DNA of 64,000 nt from an uncultured Dehalococcoidia bacterium (GCA_964608025.1 CAZSLO010000001.1:3114-67113); one strand, 5' to 3'. Shown: positions 19,526-30,803, counted from the first letter of the stretch. The notes: generated by a model not told the origin, from the letters alone. A program made the numbers and translations.

Positions 19526-20251
19526 ATGTTGAACATGGATATTTTAGAAGCCGGAGCTAATAAACTTGGGATCAATTTGGCAACTCGGCATATCGATCAA
19601 TTCGGACTGTATTACCACGAGATCTTGGACGGCAACAGGCGAACTAATTTGACTAGGATCACTGATTTCGAAGAGATGCAGGGTCTTCACTTTGTCGATT
19701 CGTTGAGTGTTGTTGCTGGCTTGCCTGGAAGAATGATATATCCCAATACAACTGTGATAGATATTGGTAGTGGTGCTGGCTTACCCGGGATTCCCTTAAA
19801 AATAGCGTTCCCAGATATTCACTTGACACTGGTTGAATCTAACGGAAAGAAGGCCGAATTTTTAGAGCACGTTATCGAATCCCTTGGGATAGGTGACACG
19901 ATTGTTGTTTGCAGTCGGGCTGAAACAGCGGCTCATATATCTGGCCTCAGAGAGAGTTTTGATTTGGTAGTATCCAGGGCGGTTGCTAGGCTCGATATAT
20001 TGGCTGAATTAACGTTACCTTTCTGTCGGGTGGGTCGGTTGGCCATTGCACAAAAAGGTGACAATGTACATGATGAAGTCAAGTCGGCTGCTTCTGCTAT
20101 CGAGGCTCTAGGAGGAGGGGAGATCACAATTACAGAAATTGATCTTTCCTACAGTGATTCGATGCGAACTCTCGTTTCTATCGAAAAAATAGAACAGACT
20201 ATCGATAACCTACCCCGTAGACCGGGTATGCCGGCGAAGAGACCTTTATGA
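19526..20251 (+). CDS. rsmG: 16S rRNA m7G527 methyltransferase
   Basis: NLTRI, HFVDSL, DIGSGAGLPGIPL, SRAVA, PRRPGMPAKRPL; start moved downstream of the ORF-track GTG. Confidence 0.92.
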   Translation: MLNMDILEAGANKLGINLATRHIDQFGLYYHEILDGNRRTNLTRITDFEEMQGLHFVDSLSVVAGLPGRMIYPNTTVIDIGSGAGLPGIPLKIAFPDIHLTLVESNGKKAEFLEHVIESLGIGDTIVVCSRAETAAHISGLRESFDLVVSRAVARLDILAELTLPFCRVGRLAIAQKGDNVHDEVKSAASAIEALGGGEITITEIDLSYSDSMRTLVSIEKIEQTIDNLPRRPGMPAKRPL

Positions 20252-20285
20252 AGTACAGTTCTTTTAAATATCATGGTCGTATGGA

Positions 20286-21284
20286 ATGAGTTTGGGCATT
20301 AAAAATAAAAAAGGGCTGACAAGGTTCTTATCAATACCTACGCTCATATCGTTGTCAATAGCTATTTTATTTATCCTGTTTTTGGCGACACAGTTTGATT
20401 TGGATTGGACTAAGACTTGGGACAATATTCGCGGGCTTAACCCTTTACATTATGGCTTGGGCCTCATTCTCTACTATTCTAGCTTTGTTGTACGAGGATT
20501 TCGGTGGAGAATGCTTGTGAAAACTGTAGGGAACCGTAGTGATCAAAGTTTCAGCCTGCCGTCAATTCCTAGATTTTCTCTATTGATCCTCCTTGGATGG
20601 TTTGTAAACTCCATAGCTTGGCTAAGAATGGGAGATGCCTACCGTGCTTACACCCTAACCCAAGAATCCCATATGGATATGCCATCTAGCCTAGGTACGA
20701 TTCTTGCCGAGCGCGTCACTGATATGGTCGCAATCTTGGCTCTAATCTTGGTAGGAGTAGCGGGATATTCGTCATCAAGCGAATCCAGCGTAGTATGGAA
20801 GGTATTCGCGGCGGCCATTTTTATGGGAGCCGCACTTGGTGTGGTCTTGTTTGTCATGAGAAAATTTGGGACTGGGATAGCACGTAAATTCCCTGCCTCG
20901 ATTGAGTCCCGATATAGAGAGTTCCACGATGTGACCATGAGAAGCCTTGCCCAACTTCCTGCTGCCACATTGCTTGGGTTGGTTGGATGGCTATTGGAGA
21001 CTGCTCGTTTGGTTCTAGTGGTTTATTCGCTTGACTTGTCTATTACCTGGCCTCTGGCCCTAGTGGTTTCAATCGGCCACGCTATCCTAAGTACTGTCCC
21101 TACCCCCGGTGGGGTAGGTGCAGTAGAACCGGGAGTTACAGGGTTGCTTGTACTTGGCATGGACCGTAGCGATGCACTATCTGTTGCATTAACAGATCGT
21201 ACTATTACGTACCTCAGCATTTTAGTGTTTGGGGGAATCGCCATGTTGTTTTGGCAGGCTTCGTATAAGCGTCGAAATATGTAG
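20286..21284 (+). CDS. Lysylphosphatidylglycerol synthase TM domain (flippase-like, UPF0104) protein
   Basis: RGFRWR, RMGDAYRAY, ERVTD, PTPGGVGAVE, multiple TM helices. Confidence 0.85.
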   Translation: MSLGIKNKKGLTRFLSIPTLISLSIAILFILFLATQFDLDWTKTWDNIRGLNPLHYGLGLILYYSSFVVRGFRWRMLVKTVGNRSDQSFSLPSIPRFSLLILLGWFVNSIAWLRMGDAYRAYTLTQESHMDMPSSLGTILAERVTDMVAILALILVGVAGYSSSSESSVVWKVFAAAIFMGAALGVVLFVMRKFGTGIARKFPASIESRYREFHDVTMRSLAQLPAATLLGLVGWLLETARLVLVVYSLDLSITWPLALVVSIGHAILSTVPTPGGVGAVEPGVTGLLVLGMDRSDALSVALTDRTITYLSILVFGGIAMLFWQASYKRRNM

Positions 21285-21404
21285 GAATAGTTGAATTGGC
21301 GCTTAATAGCTCAACTGATGGCTGTAATACTTGACCCATGGATGTGTCCAATCGTAAACTCGCGCCCATCGTAAGCAAGGTTAGCTTTGCTCAAGGGAGG
21401 GATC

Positions 21405-22652
21405 ATGGCCAAGTTAAAAAGCCATGTCGTTAGACGTCCGGGTCGGACTGCTGGAGAACCAGATGTAGAGATTCCAGTGGCCGAGGATCTTGCTACGACA
21501 CCGGGTACTCCAGTTCGACAGGTTGACGTATCTTTCTATAGTCGTGTCGATCCCCTAGAAAGCCAGAATGTAGAAAAGGGTGCTGATAGGGATTGGGTAT
21601 GGACTGTATATGAAGATGACGTAGCTGAATATATCAAAGGACACGATGAAAGGATGAAGCCTTTTATAGATGCAGCCCTGGTTTCAGCGGATATAGAACC
21701 AACCGGTACCCCGATTGACGGAGAAGACTTGACTGAGGATATTAGGAAATTCGCACGTGAGTTAGGATTTGGAGAGGTCGGGTTTACTAGGTTTGACCGC
21801 AGATATGTTTATGAAAGCAAGCGTAATTGGGTGAAGTTTACCCACACCATATGCCTGGCATTAGAGCAGGATTATGATCAGACGCAGGGACTTCCTAGCT
21901 TAGAAGCTGAGTATGCCCATTACGGAACGTATGAATTCGAGAGTGAGATGGCGGAGAATTTGGCCGTATTTATTCGAGAGAGGGGGTATCGTGCCCAGAT
22001 ACATAGCCCTCGGGATCCAAGTGCCGCAGTAATACCCATGTTTATCGAGGCTGGATTGGGTCAATTGGGCGCGAACGGACAACTTCTTTCGCCTCATTTT
22101 GGATCTAGGGCGAGATTAATGATGATCACGACTGATGCTCCAGTCCAATATGATGCTCCTGTGGATTATGGTATTCATAGTTTTTGCCAGAAATGCCAGG
22201 TATGTGTAACCAGATGTCCTGGAAGGGCTCTCGTAAAGGAAAGGGTGTGGTGGAGGGGCGTGGAAAAAAATAAATTGATTTACGAACGTTGTAGGCCAGT
22301 GATGGCTTCTTACGAGGGTTGCGGTGTATGTATGAAAGTTTGCCCCGTGCAAAAATTTGGGATGCCGAATGTCATGAACCACTATATTGAAACTGGAGAA
22401 GTATTGGGTAAAGGTACTGAGGAACTTGAAGGATATTCGTTACATGACAAAGGACATTTTGGTCCAGGGGAACTACCTAGTTTTGACCGAAACTTCTTTG
22501 AATTTCCTCACGGTCGCCGCGAAAATTGGTTATTTGATCAATTCAAGGAACGCTTGGCTCTTGAGGAAATCCCAACCCCTGAGGAATTAACAGAATTTGC
22601 CCAGAAGGTAAGGAAGGCCATGAAGAAGAGCCGTATAACGCGAGATGAGTAA
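21405..22652 (+). CDS. Reductive dehalogenase/epoxyqueuosine reductase-like cobalamin 2x[4Fe-4S] protein
   Basis: AGLGQLGANG, GSRARL, TTDAP, FCQKCQVCVTRCP and C...CGVCMKVCP; ATG behind GGGAGG. Confidence 0.75.
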   Translation: MAKLKSHVVRRPGRTAGEPDVEIPVAEDLATTPGTPVRQVDVSFYSRVDPLESQNVEKGADRDWVWTVYEDDVAEYIKGHDERMKPFIDAALVSADIEPTGTPIDGEDLTEDIRKFARELGFGEVGFTRFDRRYVYESKRNWVKFTHTICLALEQDYDQTQGLPSLEAEYAHYGTYEFESEMAENLAVFIRERGYRAQIHSPRDPSAAVIPMFIEAGLGQLGANGQLLSPHFGSRARLMMITTDAPVQYDAPVDYGIHSFCQKCQVCVTRCPGRALVKERVWWRGVEKNKLIYERCRPVMASYEGCGVCMKVCPVQKFGMPNVMNHYIETGEVLGKGTEELEGYSLHDKGHFGPGELPSFDRNFFEFPHGRRENWLFDQFKERLALEEIPTPEELTEFAQKVRKAMKKSRITRDE

Positions 22653-22804
22653 CTTTGTGTTATAGCAATTCTTCTCTGTTGGCTATGCGTTTTAGCTTGT
22701 AGGACGTTCCACAAACGGTAATATTCGATCTATAATTTATGGCGTACTATCCTCTAGCCTATGCTGAGGTAAAACTAATCCACACACCACTGTAGGAGAA
22801 ATAT

Positions 22805-24490
22805 ATGGTCGCTGAAGTGAAGTCAGATTTGAAGCGTCATAGTAAAGTAATAAGTAGGGGCCCTGATAGAGCACCGGCGCGATCGATGCTAAGAGCAGTT
22901 GGGCTCCAAGATGAAGATATGGAGAAGCCTTTTGTTGCTATAGGTAATCTTGCAAGTGATGTTACTCCTTGTAATGTACATCTGGACCGACTAGCGAATA
23001 AAGTCAAAGAAGGCGTCTGGAAAGCCGATTCTGTGCCGTTCATGTTCGGTACCATCACTATCAGTGATGGTATTTCCATGGGTACAGAGGGAATGAAAGC
23101 GTCTTTGGTCAGCAGGGAGGTGATTGCTGACTCGATTGAGACCGTTACTTTCGGTGAAAGTATGGATGGGCTTATTGTGGTTGCCGCGTGCGATAAGAAT
23201 ATGCCAGGCGCACTGATGGCGATGGCACGCCTCAACGTCCCGTCTATTTTCTTTTATGGTGGTGCAATCTTGCCAGGTAATTATCAAGGACAGGATGTAA
23301 ATATCCAAGATATGTATGAGGCAGTAGGTTCTTGGTCACAGGGCAAGATGAGTTTGGAAGATCTACTGGGTATGGAAAAGGTCGCCTGTCCAGGAGAGGG
23401 CGCATGCGCTGGTATGTTTACTGCCAACACAATGGCATCTGCTATCGAAGCATTAGGAATGTCTATCCCCGGCTCTTCGTCTATTCCCGCGGTCGATTCG
23501 AGGAATGAAGAACTCGGCCTCAAAGTAGGCGGTATGCTCTATCACCTATTGGAAAATGACATTAAGGCACGGGATATATTGACACCTAAGGCTTTTGAGA
23601 ATGCAATCCGGGTAGTTTTAGCGATGGGAGGCTCAACCAACGCTGTTCTCCACCTATTAGCGATTGCACACGAAGCCGGAGTCGATATAAAGATCGAAGA
23701 CTTCGATCGCCTGAGCCGTGATACACCTTACATAACTGATCTACGACCAGGTGGTAGATTCGTGATGTCCGACATGGATAAAATCGGCGGTGTTCCTGTC
23801 GTTATGAATGAACTAATGGGTGCCGGTTTACTTCATGGTGATGTATTGACGATTACAGGAAAGACCTTGGAAGAGAATCTTTCGAACTTTCAAGATAAGC
23901 CGGATAGCCGAGTAGTTTATCCCGTTTCATCACCACGTAAACCGACCGGTGGGTTGGCTATCCTTAAAGGCAATTTAGCCCCTGAGGGTGCGGTCTTGAA
24001 GGTCGCTGGTACTACCCATCTTAAACATGAGGGACCTGCAAAAGTTTACGATGGCGAAAGAGCCGCGTTCGAGGCCGTGACCAACGGAGATATCAAGGAG
24101 GGTGACGTACTCGTATTGAGATACGAAGGACCTAAGGGAGGACCAGGTATGCAGGAGATGCTCGCTGTAACAGGAGCAATCATGGGACAAGGGTTGGGTG
24201 ATAGTGTGCTGCTGATGACAGATGGTCGGTTTTCAGGTGCCACGCATGGTCCTATGATAGGGCATGTCGCGCCAGAAGCGCAGGTGGGTGGTCCAATAGC
24301 CTTAGTACGGGATGGAGATATTATTTCTATGGACGTTGAGGCTAGGGAACTTACCCTGCGAGTCTCCGGAGAAGAGCTAGAGAGACGTTTAAAACAATGG
24401 ACACCTCCAGAGGCAAAGCATACCAAAGGTGTGATGGCAAAGTACGCTAAGCTCGTTTCATCTGCTGCGAAGGGTGCCGTGACTACTTAG
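22805..24490 (+). CDS. ilvD: Dihydroxy-acid dehydratase
   Basis: [46 protein letters not shown]. Confidence 0.95.
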   Translation: MVAEVKSDLKRHSKVISRGPDRAPARSMLRAVGLQDEDMEKPFVAIGNLASDVTPCNVHLDRLANKVKEGVWKADSVPFMFGTITISDGISMGTEGMKASLVSREVIADSIETVTFGESMDGLIVVAACDKNMPGALMAMARLNVPSIFFYGGAILPGNYQGQDVNIQDMYEAVGSWSQGKMSLEDLLGMEKVACPGEGACAGMFTANTMASAIEALGMSIPGSSSIPAVDSRNEELGLKVGGMLYHLLENDIKARDILTPKAFENAIRVVLAMGGSTNAVLHLLAIAHEAGVDIKIEDFDRLSRDTPYITDLRPGGRFVMSDMDKIGGVPVVMNELMGAGLLHGDVLTITGKTLEENLSNFQDKPDSRVVYPVSSPRKPTGGLAILKGNLAPEGAVLKVAGTTHLKHEGPAKVYDGERAAFEAVTNGDIKEGDVLVLRYEGPKGGPGMQEMLAVTGAIMGQGLGDSVLLMTDGRFSGATHGPMIGHVAPEAQVGGPIALVRDGDIISMDVEARELTLRVSGEELERRLKQWTPPEAKHTKGVMAKYAKLVSSAAKGAVTT

Positions 24491-24620
24491 GTTTTGTCGA
24501 TTTATCGAAATCTGATAGGGATAAAACCAAATACTATCTTCATCCGAGTACTTAAGACTCCGGGTGGTGCATCATGCTTTGACCCAAACCAGATCCATCG
24601 AATCCTAAACTTACTTGATT

Positions 24621-25334
24621 TCAGGATGAGCTAAGTGTTTTACGCGTGAGGATTCGGAGTTGGTCCCTTTCGCTCAAGTGAGGCGTATAGTTCTCAATAA
24701 ATTCTTCGAGAGTCTCATCTACTGTAGATCTAGACGTGTCAAGAGTGAACTTGTAACGAAGATGTGAGTGGTCATAGTGGTACTGGAATCGCTCAAGGAC
24801 GTGTTCGATATCTTTGTCTTCTAGGACTGTGCGATCGTGAGGCTCTGTTCTCATCCGCTCTCGGATCACTTCCGGGTCGGATTTTAATAACACAAGAACG
24901 GTATCGGGTGCTTTTTCAAGGATCTCTACTTCCACGCCCCGACAGAATGATTCGCGGTCGCCGTACTCGCCTTTACGGCCATAGCCATAGTATAGAGGGG
25001 CGTATATCGCTTCCTCGATATGAAATCCGATGAGGATGTGGTCTGTGTCTCGATAAAGCGTGGGCATAAGATGATAGGAGAATTGATATCGTTGAAACAT
25101 CTCCTTCAGTTCAGGGCCCAGAGACATGAATTTTTTCATGTCTTCCTCTGAAATTTCGTCCCAATGGCCAACCCACGGAAGGGTGAAATGATCATGGAAT
25201 CGGACGATTCCCTTTGGTGTTGGTTGGCCCATCACGCTGTCTCTCCAATCCACTATTTTTTCTACGAGGGTTGTCTTACCCGAGTATTCAGATCCTACAA
25301 TTATCAGTCTCAATTGATTCCTCCAACTTGACAC
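24621..25334 (-). CDS. P-loop NTPase, nucleoside/nucleotide kinase-like hypothetical protein
   Basis: N-terminal IVGSEYSGKTT Walker A; NMP-kinase-like LL...PEVIRER and LDTS..TVDE segments. Confidence 0.65.
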   Translation of the reverse strand: MSSWRNQLRLIIVGSEYSGKTTLVEKIVDWRDSVMGQPTPKGIVRFHDHFTLPWVGHWDEISEEDMKKFMSLGPELKEMFQRYQFSYHLMPTLYRDTDHILIGFHIEEAIYAPLYYGYGRKGEYGDRESFCRGVEVEILEKAPDTVLVLLKSDPEVIRERMRTEPHDRTVLEDKDIEHVLERFQYHYDHSHLRYKFTLDTSRSTVDETLEEFIENYTPHLSERDQLRILTRKTLSSS

Positions 25335-25542
25335 TTAAGTTCTTAGACCTTCTTGATCTAGGATGTCTCCGGGAATTGGATCAATAATAGCACTGGATTG
25401 AATAGCATGGGATTTAGCTAGGTAATGAAATTAAAAACTGATAAACCTGATTGATCAACTGGAGACCAAAACAGGGTGACCCTGCTGCAATAGCCTATCG
25501 GTTATGGACAGGTCGTTTTGAAATTAACTAGTGGTGGTTTGA

Positions 25543-26460
25543 CTAAGTAGTGGACGTGCGATTTCTACGGAACAGTCGCCGTAGATCGCCTTCCTCCCAT
25601 ACCATCAATACCGGTGTTGCGATCGCTATTGAGCTATAAGTTCCTGCTACTACTCCGATCAGGAGTACCCAAAGGAAATTCTTAATAGTTGGACCGCCGA
25701 ACAATAATAGTGCGAGAAGGGTAAACAGAAGGGTAAGGCTAGTGTTTAAGGATCTACTTAGGCTTTGCGAGATGCTGATATTGGCATTGGTCTTGAGGCT
25801 ACGGTTGGGATAAGAGAGAACGTTTTCCCTTAGCCTGTCGAAAACTACGATAGTGTCGTTCACGCTGTATCCTATTACCGTTAATATGGCGATTAGAAAC
25901 ATCGTGTTTACTTCAATTTCGAGAACAACACCTAATATTGCGAATATACCAATTACCACAGCGGTGTCGTGGAGTAAGGCCATAATAGCGGCCGTTCCGT
26001 ATCTAAATGGACTCGGCATGTTTCTAAATGCCCACCAGACATATAGGAAAACCCCTATTGCCGCTGCAAGTACTGCCCACATGGCGTTCACAACTGTTTC
26101 TGCGGCCACTACGGGTGAAACTAGATCGAATGACAAGACCGTAATTCCATCTGGTGAAAGGCGTGTCTTGAGATTGTCGACGAGTCGGTCTTTTTGATCT
26201 TCGTCGAGTTCTTTTGTACGAACGAAGTACGCCCGGTCATCCATCTGTTGAACAATAGCGTCTTGATAACCAAGTGCTGTTAGTTCTGCACGCAAGTTTG
26301 CTTGCTTTACATTGGATACGAACTCGAGACCAGTCGTAGATCCTCCTGTGAAATCTATCCCTGGTTTTAGCCCTCCACCGATTATCAAGAAAACTAGCCC
26401 AGGCAAAATAACTAAAGCGGAAGCTATGAAAAACCATGCCCTTTTTCCTACAAAATCCAA
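25543..26460 (-). CDS. secF: Protein translocase subunit SecF
   Basis: GIDFTGG, GYSVNDTIVVFDRLREN, RSLNTS, GTYSSI. Confidence 0.95.
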   Translation of the reverse strand: MDFVGKRAWFFIASALVILPGLVFLIIGGGLKPGIDFTGGSTTGLEFVSNVKQANLRAELTALGYQDAIVQQMDDRAYFVRTKELDEDQKDRLVDNLKTRLSPDGITVLSFDLVSPVVAAETVVNAMWAVLAAAIGVFLYVWWAFRNMPSPFRYGTAAIMALLHDTAVVIGIFAILGVVLEIEVNTMFLIAILTVIGYSVNDTIVVFDRLRENVLSYPNRSLKTNANISISQSLSRSLNTSLTLLFTLLALLLFGGPTIKNFLWVLLIGVVAGTYSSIAIATPVLMVWEEGDLRRLFRRNRTSTT

Positions 26461-26470
26461 TTCTACTCCT

Positions 26471-28393
26471 CTATCCAGTTTGAACCGGTTGCTCTTTTGG
26501 TAGATCTGATGTGCCAGATGGCACGAACAATTTCAGTCGATTGCCTATAGGTGTTACAGACATCAATCTGAGGAAGGTGCGACTCACTGTAATTGCTGTG
26601 AACATGCTAATGAGTACACCTATTGCCAAGGTTAGCGCAAAGCCTTGGACTATAGTTGCTCCCAAGGTATCGGCGAACCAGAATAATATGGCACAGGTTA
26701 TTAGGGTAGAAACGTTCCCATCTCTAATTGCTGGCCATGCACGATTGAAGCCGATGTTGATAGCCGACAACAGTGTTCTACCTGCACGTAGTTCTTCTTT
26801 CATACGTTCGAATATTAGGATGTTAGCATCGACTGCCATACCAATGGATAAGATGACTGCTGCTATACCTGAAAGGGTTAGTGTGACTGGAATCATCTTA
26901 AAAACAGTCAACAACATTCCAGCATATATAACCAATGATAATGCTGCTATTATCCCTGATACGCGATAGTAAGTGATCATGAAGACCAGTACTAGTACTA
27001 GTCCGACGAGACCAGCGACCACGCTTTTGGCAAGGGAATCAGCGCCTAGTATCGCGTCGATATCACGCTCCTGGATTAGCGTAATGGGTACCGGCAGTCG
27101 CCCACCTTCTAGAAGTAACGAGATTTCGCTTACCCGTTCGAATGTGAAGTCCTTACCCTGGATAAACGCAACCCCTCTCGTGATAGGCTGATTGACGGTT
27201 GGCGCAATCAACTCCTCGTCGTCAAGTATGATTGCTAGCAAATCTGGTGTACCTGCTATCACAGAAGTTATTTCGCTGAACTTCCTTGTACCTTCCGAAT
27301 TGAACTCTATGTTGACGATCGGTAGCCCAGTACTATGGTGTTGTCCAGGATAGGCTCGAGCGAGATCTTCACCTGTAAGTCCAATGTCCTCGTCCATTGC
27401 ACCAATTAATTCAGAAAATACAAGCTTCGATTCCGCGGTAAAGCGTTCGAGGGCATCTTCCACGGAGTCCAACGAAAACCCAAGATTAACTATGAATTTG
27501 TTCGAGTCAGCTATCTGAGTTATCAAAGGATCGGTTGGTAACGGGATAAACGTACCGCCAAATCCAGGGGCAAGTGGTTGAAATGGAATCAATAATGGTT
27601 GCTCAGCGGTGCCTTCCGCAGCAAGGCTTAGGAAGCTCGGGTAGATTGTGGAGGCTCCATTTGAGTTCGCGATACTGAGCTTAAGGCGATCCATGACCTC
27701 TAGGAGCGCTGTAGCTCCGGATGGCTCGATTTCTAGAACAATTACTGGATCTGATGGTGGTGGTGGTGTAGTTACATCGGCTGGTGTTGAAGTTGCCTCC
27801 GAAACTTGGGTACTGGTAGCGTGTTGAAGCGGTGATTCGGAAGGTATAAGAGCTGTGGGTTCTGTAGAAGTCCCGGCCCTAAATATTGGCAGGCTATTTT
27901 CGTCGCTGGTCTCATCAAAGATTATGGTTCCGACTTGGAACGATATAATTTCCTCAGAGGTAAGGCTCTGTATATCTCTCTCTATGTCAAGAATACGGTG
28001 TTTAAATTCTAGTCGTGCTGTTTCACCAATAAGCCTCTTAGCCCTACCGGGGTCGTTGATGCCTGGAAGCTGTATCAGCAGACGATCATCACCCAAAAGT
28101 TGAAGAATCGGTTCTCCCAGACCTGCACCGTTGACTCGTCTTTCAATCGTGCTGAGTAGACCTTCCATCTGATCGCGCGTTGGCTGAATTGCTTCTCCGG
28201 TATTTGGATCAGCGAGAGTTACCTGATATACAAGGTGGCTGCCTCCTTGCAGGTCAAGTCCCAGAGTCAGCCCGAGTAGGTTGTTGGCCCCACGTTCAAA
28301 GTCTCCGAGCTTGACCGTCTGGAAACCAAGGGATAGTCCAGAAACAGCTACGATCAAAATAATTAAAATTAAAGTGCGGGCGTATCTACGCAC
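26471..28393 (-). CDS. secD: Protein translocase subunit SecD with long periplasmic insertion
   Basis: LGLDLQGG, IERRVNGAGLGEP, GMAVDANILIFER, DGNVSTLI. Confidence 0.95.
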   Translation of the reverse strand: MRRYARTLILIILIVAVSGLSLGFQTVKLGDFERGANNLLGLTLGLDLQGGSHLVYQVTLADPNTGEAIQPTRDQMEGLLSTIERRVNGAGLGEPILQLLGDDRLLIQLPGINDPGRAKRLIGETARLEFKHRILDIERDIQSLTSEEIISFQVGTIIFDETSDENSLPIFRAGTSTEPTALIPSESPLQHATSTQVSEATSTPADVTTPPPPSDPVIVLEIEPSGATALLEVMDRLKLSIANSNGASTIYPSFLSLAAEGTAEQPLLIPFQPLAPGFGGTFIPLPTDPLITQIADSNKFIVNLGFSLDSVEDALERFTAESKLVFSELIGAMDEDIGLTGEDLARAYPGQHHSTGLPIVNIEFNSEGTRKFSEITSVIAGTPDLLAIILDDEELIAPTVNQPITRGVAFIQGKDFTFERVSEISLLLEGGRLPVPITLIQERDIDAILGADSLAKSVVAGLVGLVLVLVFMITYYRVSGIIAALSLVIYAGMLLTVFKMIPVTLTLSGIAAVILSIGMAVDANILIFERMKEELRAGRTLLSAINIGFNRAWPAIRDGNVSTLITCAILFWFADTLGATIVQGFALTLAIGVLISMFTAITVSRTFLRLMSVTPIGNRLKLFVPSGTSDLPKEQPVQTG

Positions 28394-29876
28394 CGTTGCC
28401 TCCGACTTTAAGACGTCTTGCTACAAGTGTAAATGCTTCTTGTTTTGTAGTCACTTCCCCTGTTCCTTGCGCTTCTTCAACTATCGCTATTAATTCTCCA
28501 ATTCGTGGTCCTGAGGGTATGTTAAATTCAGTCATGATATCTTTGCCGTCCACAAGTCTTGAAACCTCTTTATTCTCCTGTCTTTCAGGGCTGCCTCTCA
28601 ATATTCTTTCTGCGACTTGAAGACGATATGCCCAGTCGTCTTCTTCTAGCGCCGGACCGCGCGCCGCAAGGTAGTCTGCCAAGTTCAGGTAGACTGTGTC
28701 TACAGCGGCGTCCCCAAGGTCTCGGTGAAAACGATAGACCGCTCTGTCGGTCGGGAGCTTCCACTTTTCAGCCATCTGACCAGGACGCAGGTGGTGCGCG
28801 ATCATAGTGCCCACTAGGTCCACACCAGCTCTGCTAAACCTTAGCCTAGACAGTATACCTTTTGCTACTTTAGACCCTTCTGTATGATGTCCAAAGAAAC
28901 GTATGCGCCCAGTCGGCTCAATTGTCTTTGTCTTTGGTTTCGATATGTCGTGTAGTAATCCTGCTAATTTTAACAGATTGAGTCTGCTATGACCGTCGCT
29001 GGCATGTCGAGCGAAGTATTGGTCAATATTTGTCCATTCTCGGAGAGTCCCGAGGTTCGTGGTATTTATTTCGTCTGGAGATTGGAGGATTTGCTCGATC
29101 TTTCCGGGCGTTTCTATACAGTGATTGAAAACATCCCAGTAGTGTTCTTTCGGCTGGACAACTCCCCGCAAGCATTCTATTTCGGGAATGATTACTGGGA
29201 GCAGGCCGAGATTATCTAATTCTCTAAGCCATTTTGTAGAAGAAGTTGCACTCAGAAGCTTTAGTAATTCATCCCTGATTCTTTCCGGTGAAACACACAA
29301 AATCATGGATGGATTTTCTTTGATCCAACTCCTTGTTTTCGTCTCTAGTCGAAAATCTAGATTGGCAGCTAATCGGATTGCTCTAAAGAGCCGGACGGGA
29401 TCGTCCCTGAATACTTTGCTTGAAATCGCACGTATTTCTCGCTTCGGGATATCAGTGGCTCCGCCGTGAGGGTCTATAATGGCCTGGTCGCCGTAGTTCG
29501 TTAGCGGTATAGCCATAGCGTCGATTGTAAAATCTCTTCGTGCTAGGTCATCGGATATAGAATTGCTGATAGGGTTTATATCAATCCATGTTGGATTGCC
29601 ATGATGACTAAGTCTGAAAAATCGACGCTGTTGGTCTAAACAATGGGCCTTCAGACCAAGCCGGGAGGCTAATAGTGTTGCTACTTGTGCTGGTTCATCT
29701 TCTACCGCTATATCCACATCGCCAGTTTCCCGTCCAAGAATAGTGTCTCGAACTGTGCCCCCGACTAAATACGCACGAGTTTCTCGATTGTCGAAGAAAC
29801 TACGAAGAGTTTGAACAATATCTGGGACTAGTCCCTTGGATATTCTCGGTGTCTTGGCTTCTGCTACATCATGCAT
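28386..29876 (-). CDS. CCA-adding tRNA nucleotidyltransferase/poly(A) polymerase family with HD domain
   Basis: YLVGGTVRD, DVDIA, DLARRDFTIDAMA, DDPVRLFRAIR, ERIRDEL, LLHDISKP. Confidence 0.9.
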   Translation of the reverse strand: MHDVAEAKTPRISKGLVPDIVQTLRSFFDNRETRAYLVGGTVRDTILGRETGDVDIAVEDEPAQVATLLASRLGLKAHCLDQQRRFFRLSHHGNPTWIDINPISNSISDDLARRDFTIDAMAIPLTNYGDQAIIDPHGGATDIPKREIRAISSKVFRDDPVRLFRAIRLAANLDFRLETKTRSWIKENPSMILCVSPERIRDELLKLLSATSSTKWLRELDNLGLLPVIIPEIECLRGVVQPKEHYWDVFNHCIETPGKIEQILQSPDEINTTNLGTLREWTNIDQYFARHASDGHSRLNLLKLAGLLHDISKPKTKTIEPTGRIRFFGHHTEGSKVAKGILSRLRFSRAGVDLVGTMIAHHLRPGQMAEKWKLPTDRAVYRFHRDLGDAAVDTVYLNLADYLAARGPALEEDDWAYRLQVAERILRGSPERQENKEVSRLVDGKDIMTEFNIPSGPRIGELIAIVEEAQGTGEVTTKQEAFTLVARRLKVGGNGA

Positions 29877-29888
29877 GACAGGCTGGTA

Positions 29889-30389
29889 CTATTCTTCTTC
29901 AGAAGGAGCTTCAGGTATTGCGTCGTTAGAAATCAATGTTTCGTGGGATTTGAGATGGTCGAAATATAGGATCCCGTTGAGATGGTCAATTTCGTGCTCA
30001 AGAGCCTGGGCAAGGAGCCCATCCGCTGTTAAACGAAATATTTTTGAATTGCGGTCGAGTCCTTTTGCTTTGACCCAGATAGACCGAGTAATTAGTCCAT
30101 GATATCCGGGTACGCTGAGGCACGCTTCCTCGATTTCACGTTCGCCTTCCCTGTGGATGATCTCTGGATTGATGTATACCCTAGGTTCTTCTTCATCTGG
30201 CAAATGTATCGCGATTACTCTTCGTAGGTCGCCGATCTGGTTAGCTGCGAGACCGACACCACCTACATAATGGAGCGTGTCGACCAGATTGTTTGCCAGG
30301 GACTGGACCGACTTGTCGATTGTCCGGACTTTATTGGCTTTGCGCCTCAGTGTAGGGTGGGGAAATTCTAGGATGGTTTTGACTGACAA
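29889..30389 (-). CDS. def: Peptide deformylase
   Basis: GVGLAANQIG, EACLSVPG, HEIDHLNG. Confidence 0.95.
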   Translation of the reverse strand: MSVKTILEFPHPTLRRKANKVRTIDKSVQSLANNLVDTLHYVGGVGLAANQIGDLRRVIAIHLPDEEEPRVYINPEIIHREGEREIEEACLSVPGYHGLITRSIWVKAKGLDRNSKIFRLTADGLLAQALEHEIDHLNGILYFDHLKSHETLISNDAIPEAPSEEE

Positions 30390-30803
30390 AATAGGTGCTC
30401 CGGAGTCCCATGTTGCCTGCTTTTCGGGCTCCGCTTTAGATCAATTATACCTATCGTTTGAGTAGAGTGTAAACTAGCGGGTCCCAATTAAAATAAATGA
30501 TGTTTGTCAAATATTTATAATGGATGTTTAAATTATTCACTATGGGTTTTTCGTCCATTGAGATATGGCTACTAGTTGAAGCCAGATCATGAATTTATTG
30601 AAGTAGAAGTAGTGTACTTGAGGTACTGGTTCTGGAAATAACATGACTTTCGTTCTGCATGTTATAAATCTAAGATAATATTATTCTGGTATTGCCCAGT
30701 TCTTCCATTTATGTAAACCAAGATTACTGGAATTGTAGCCCTAGGTGTCATTATTGATGATTGCTCCTATGCATCTCTAGCCAAGGATTTATCGGAGGAC
30801 AAA

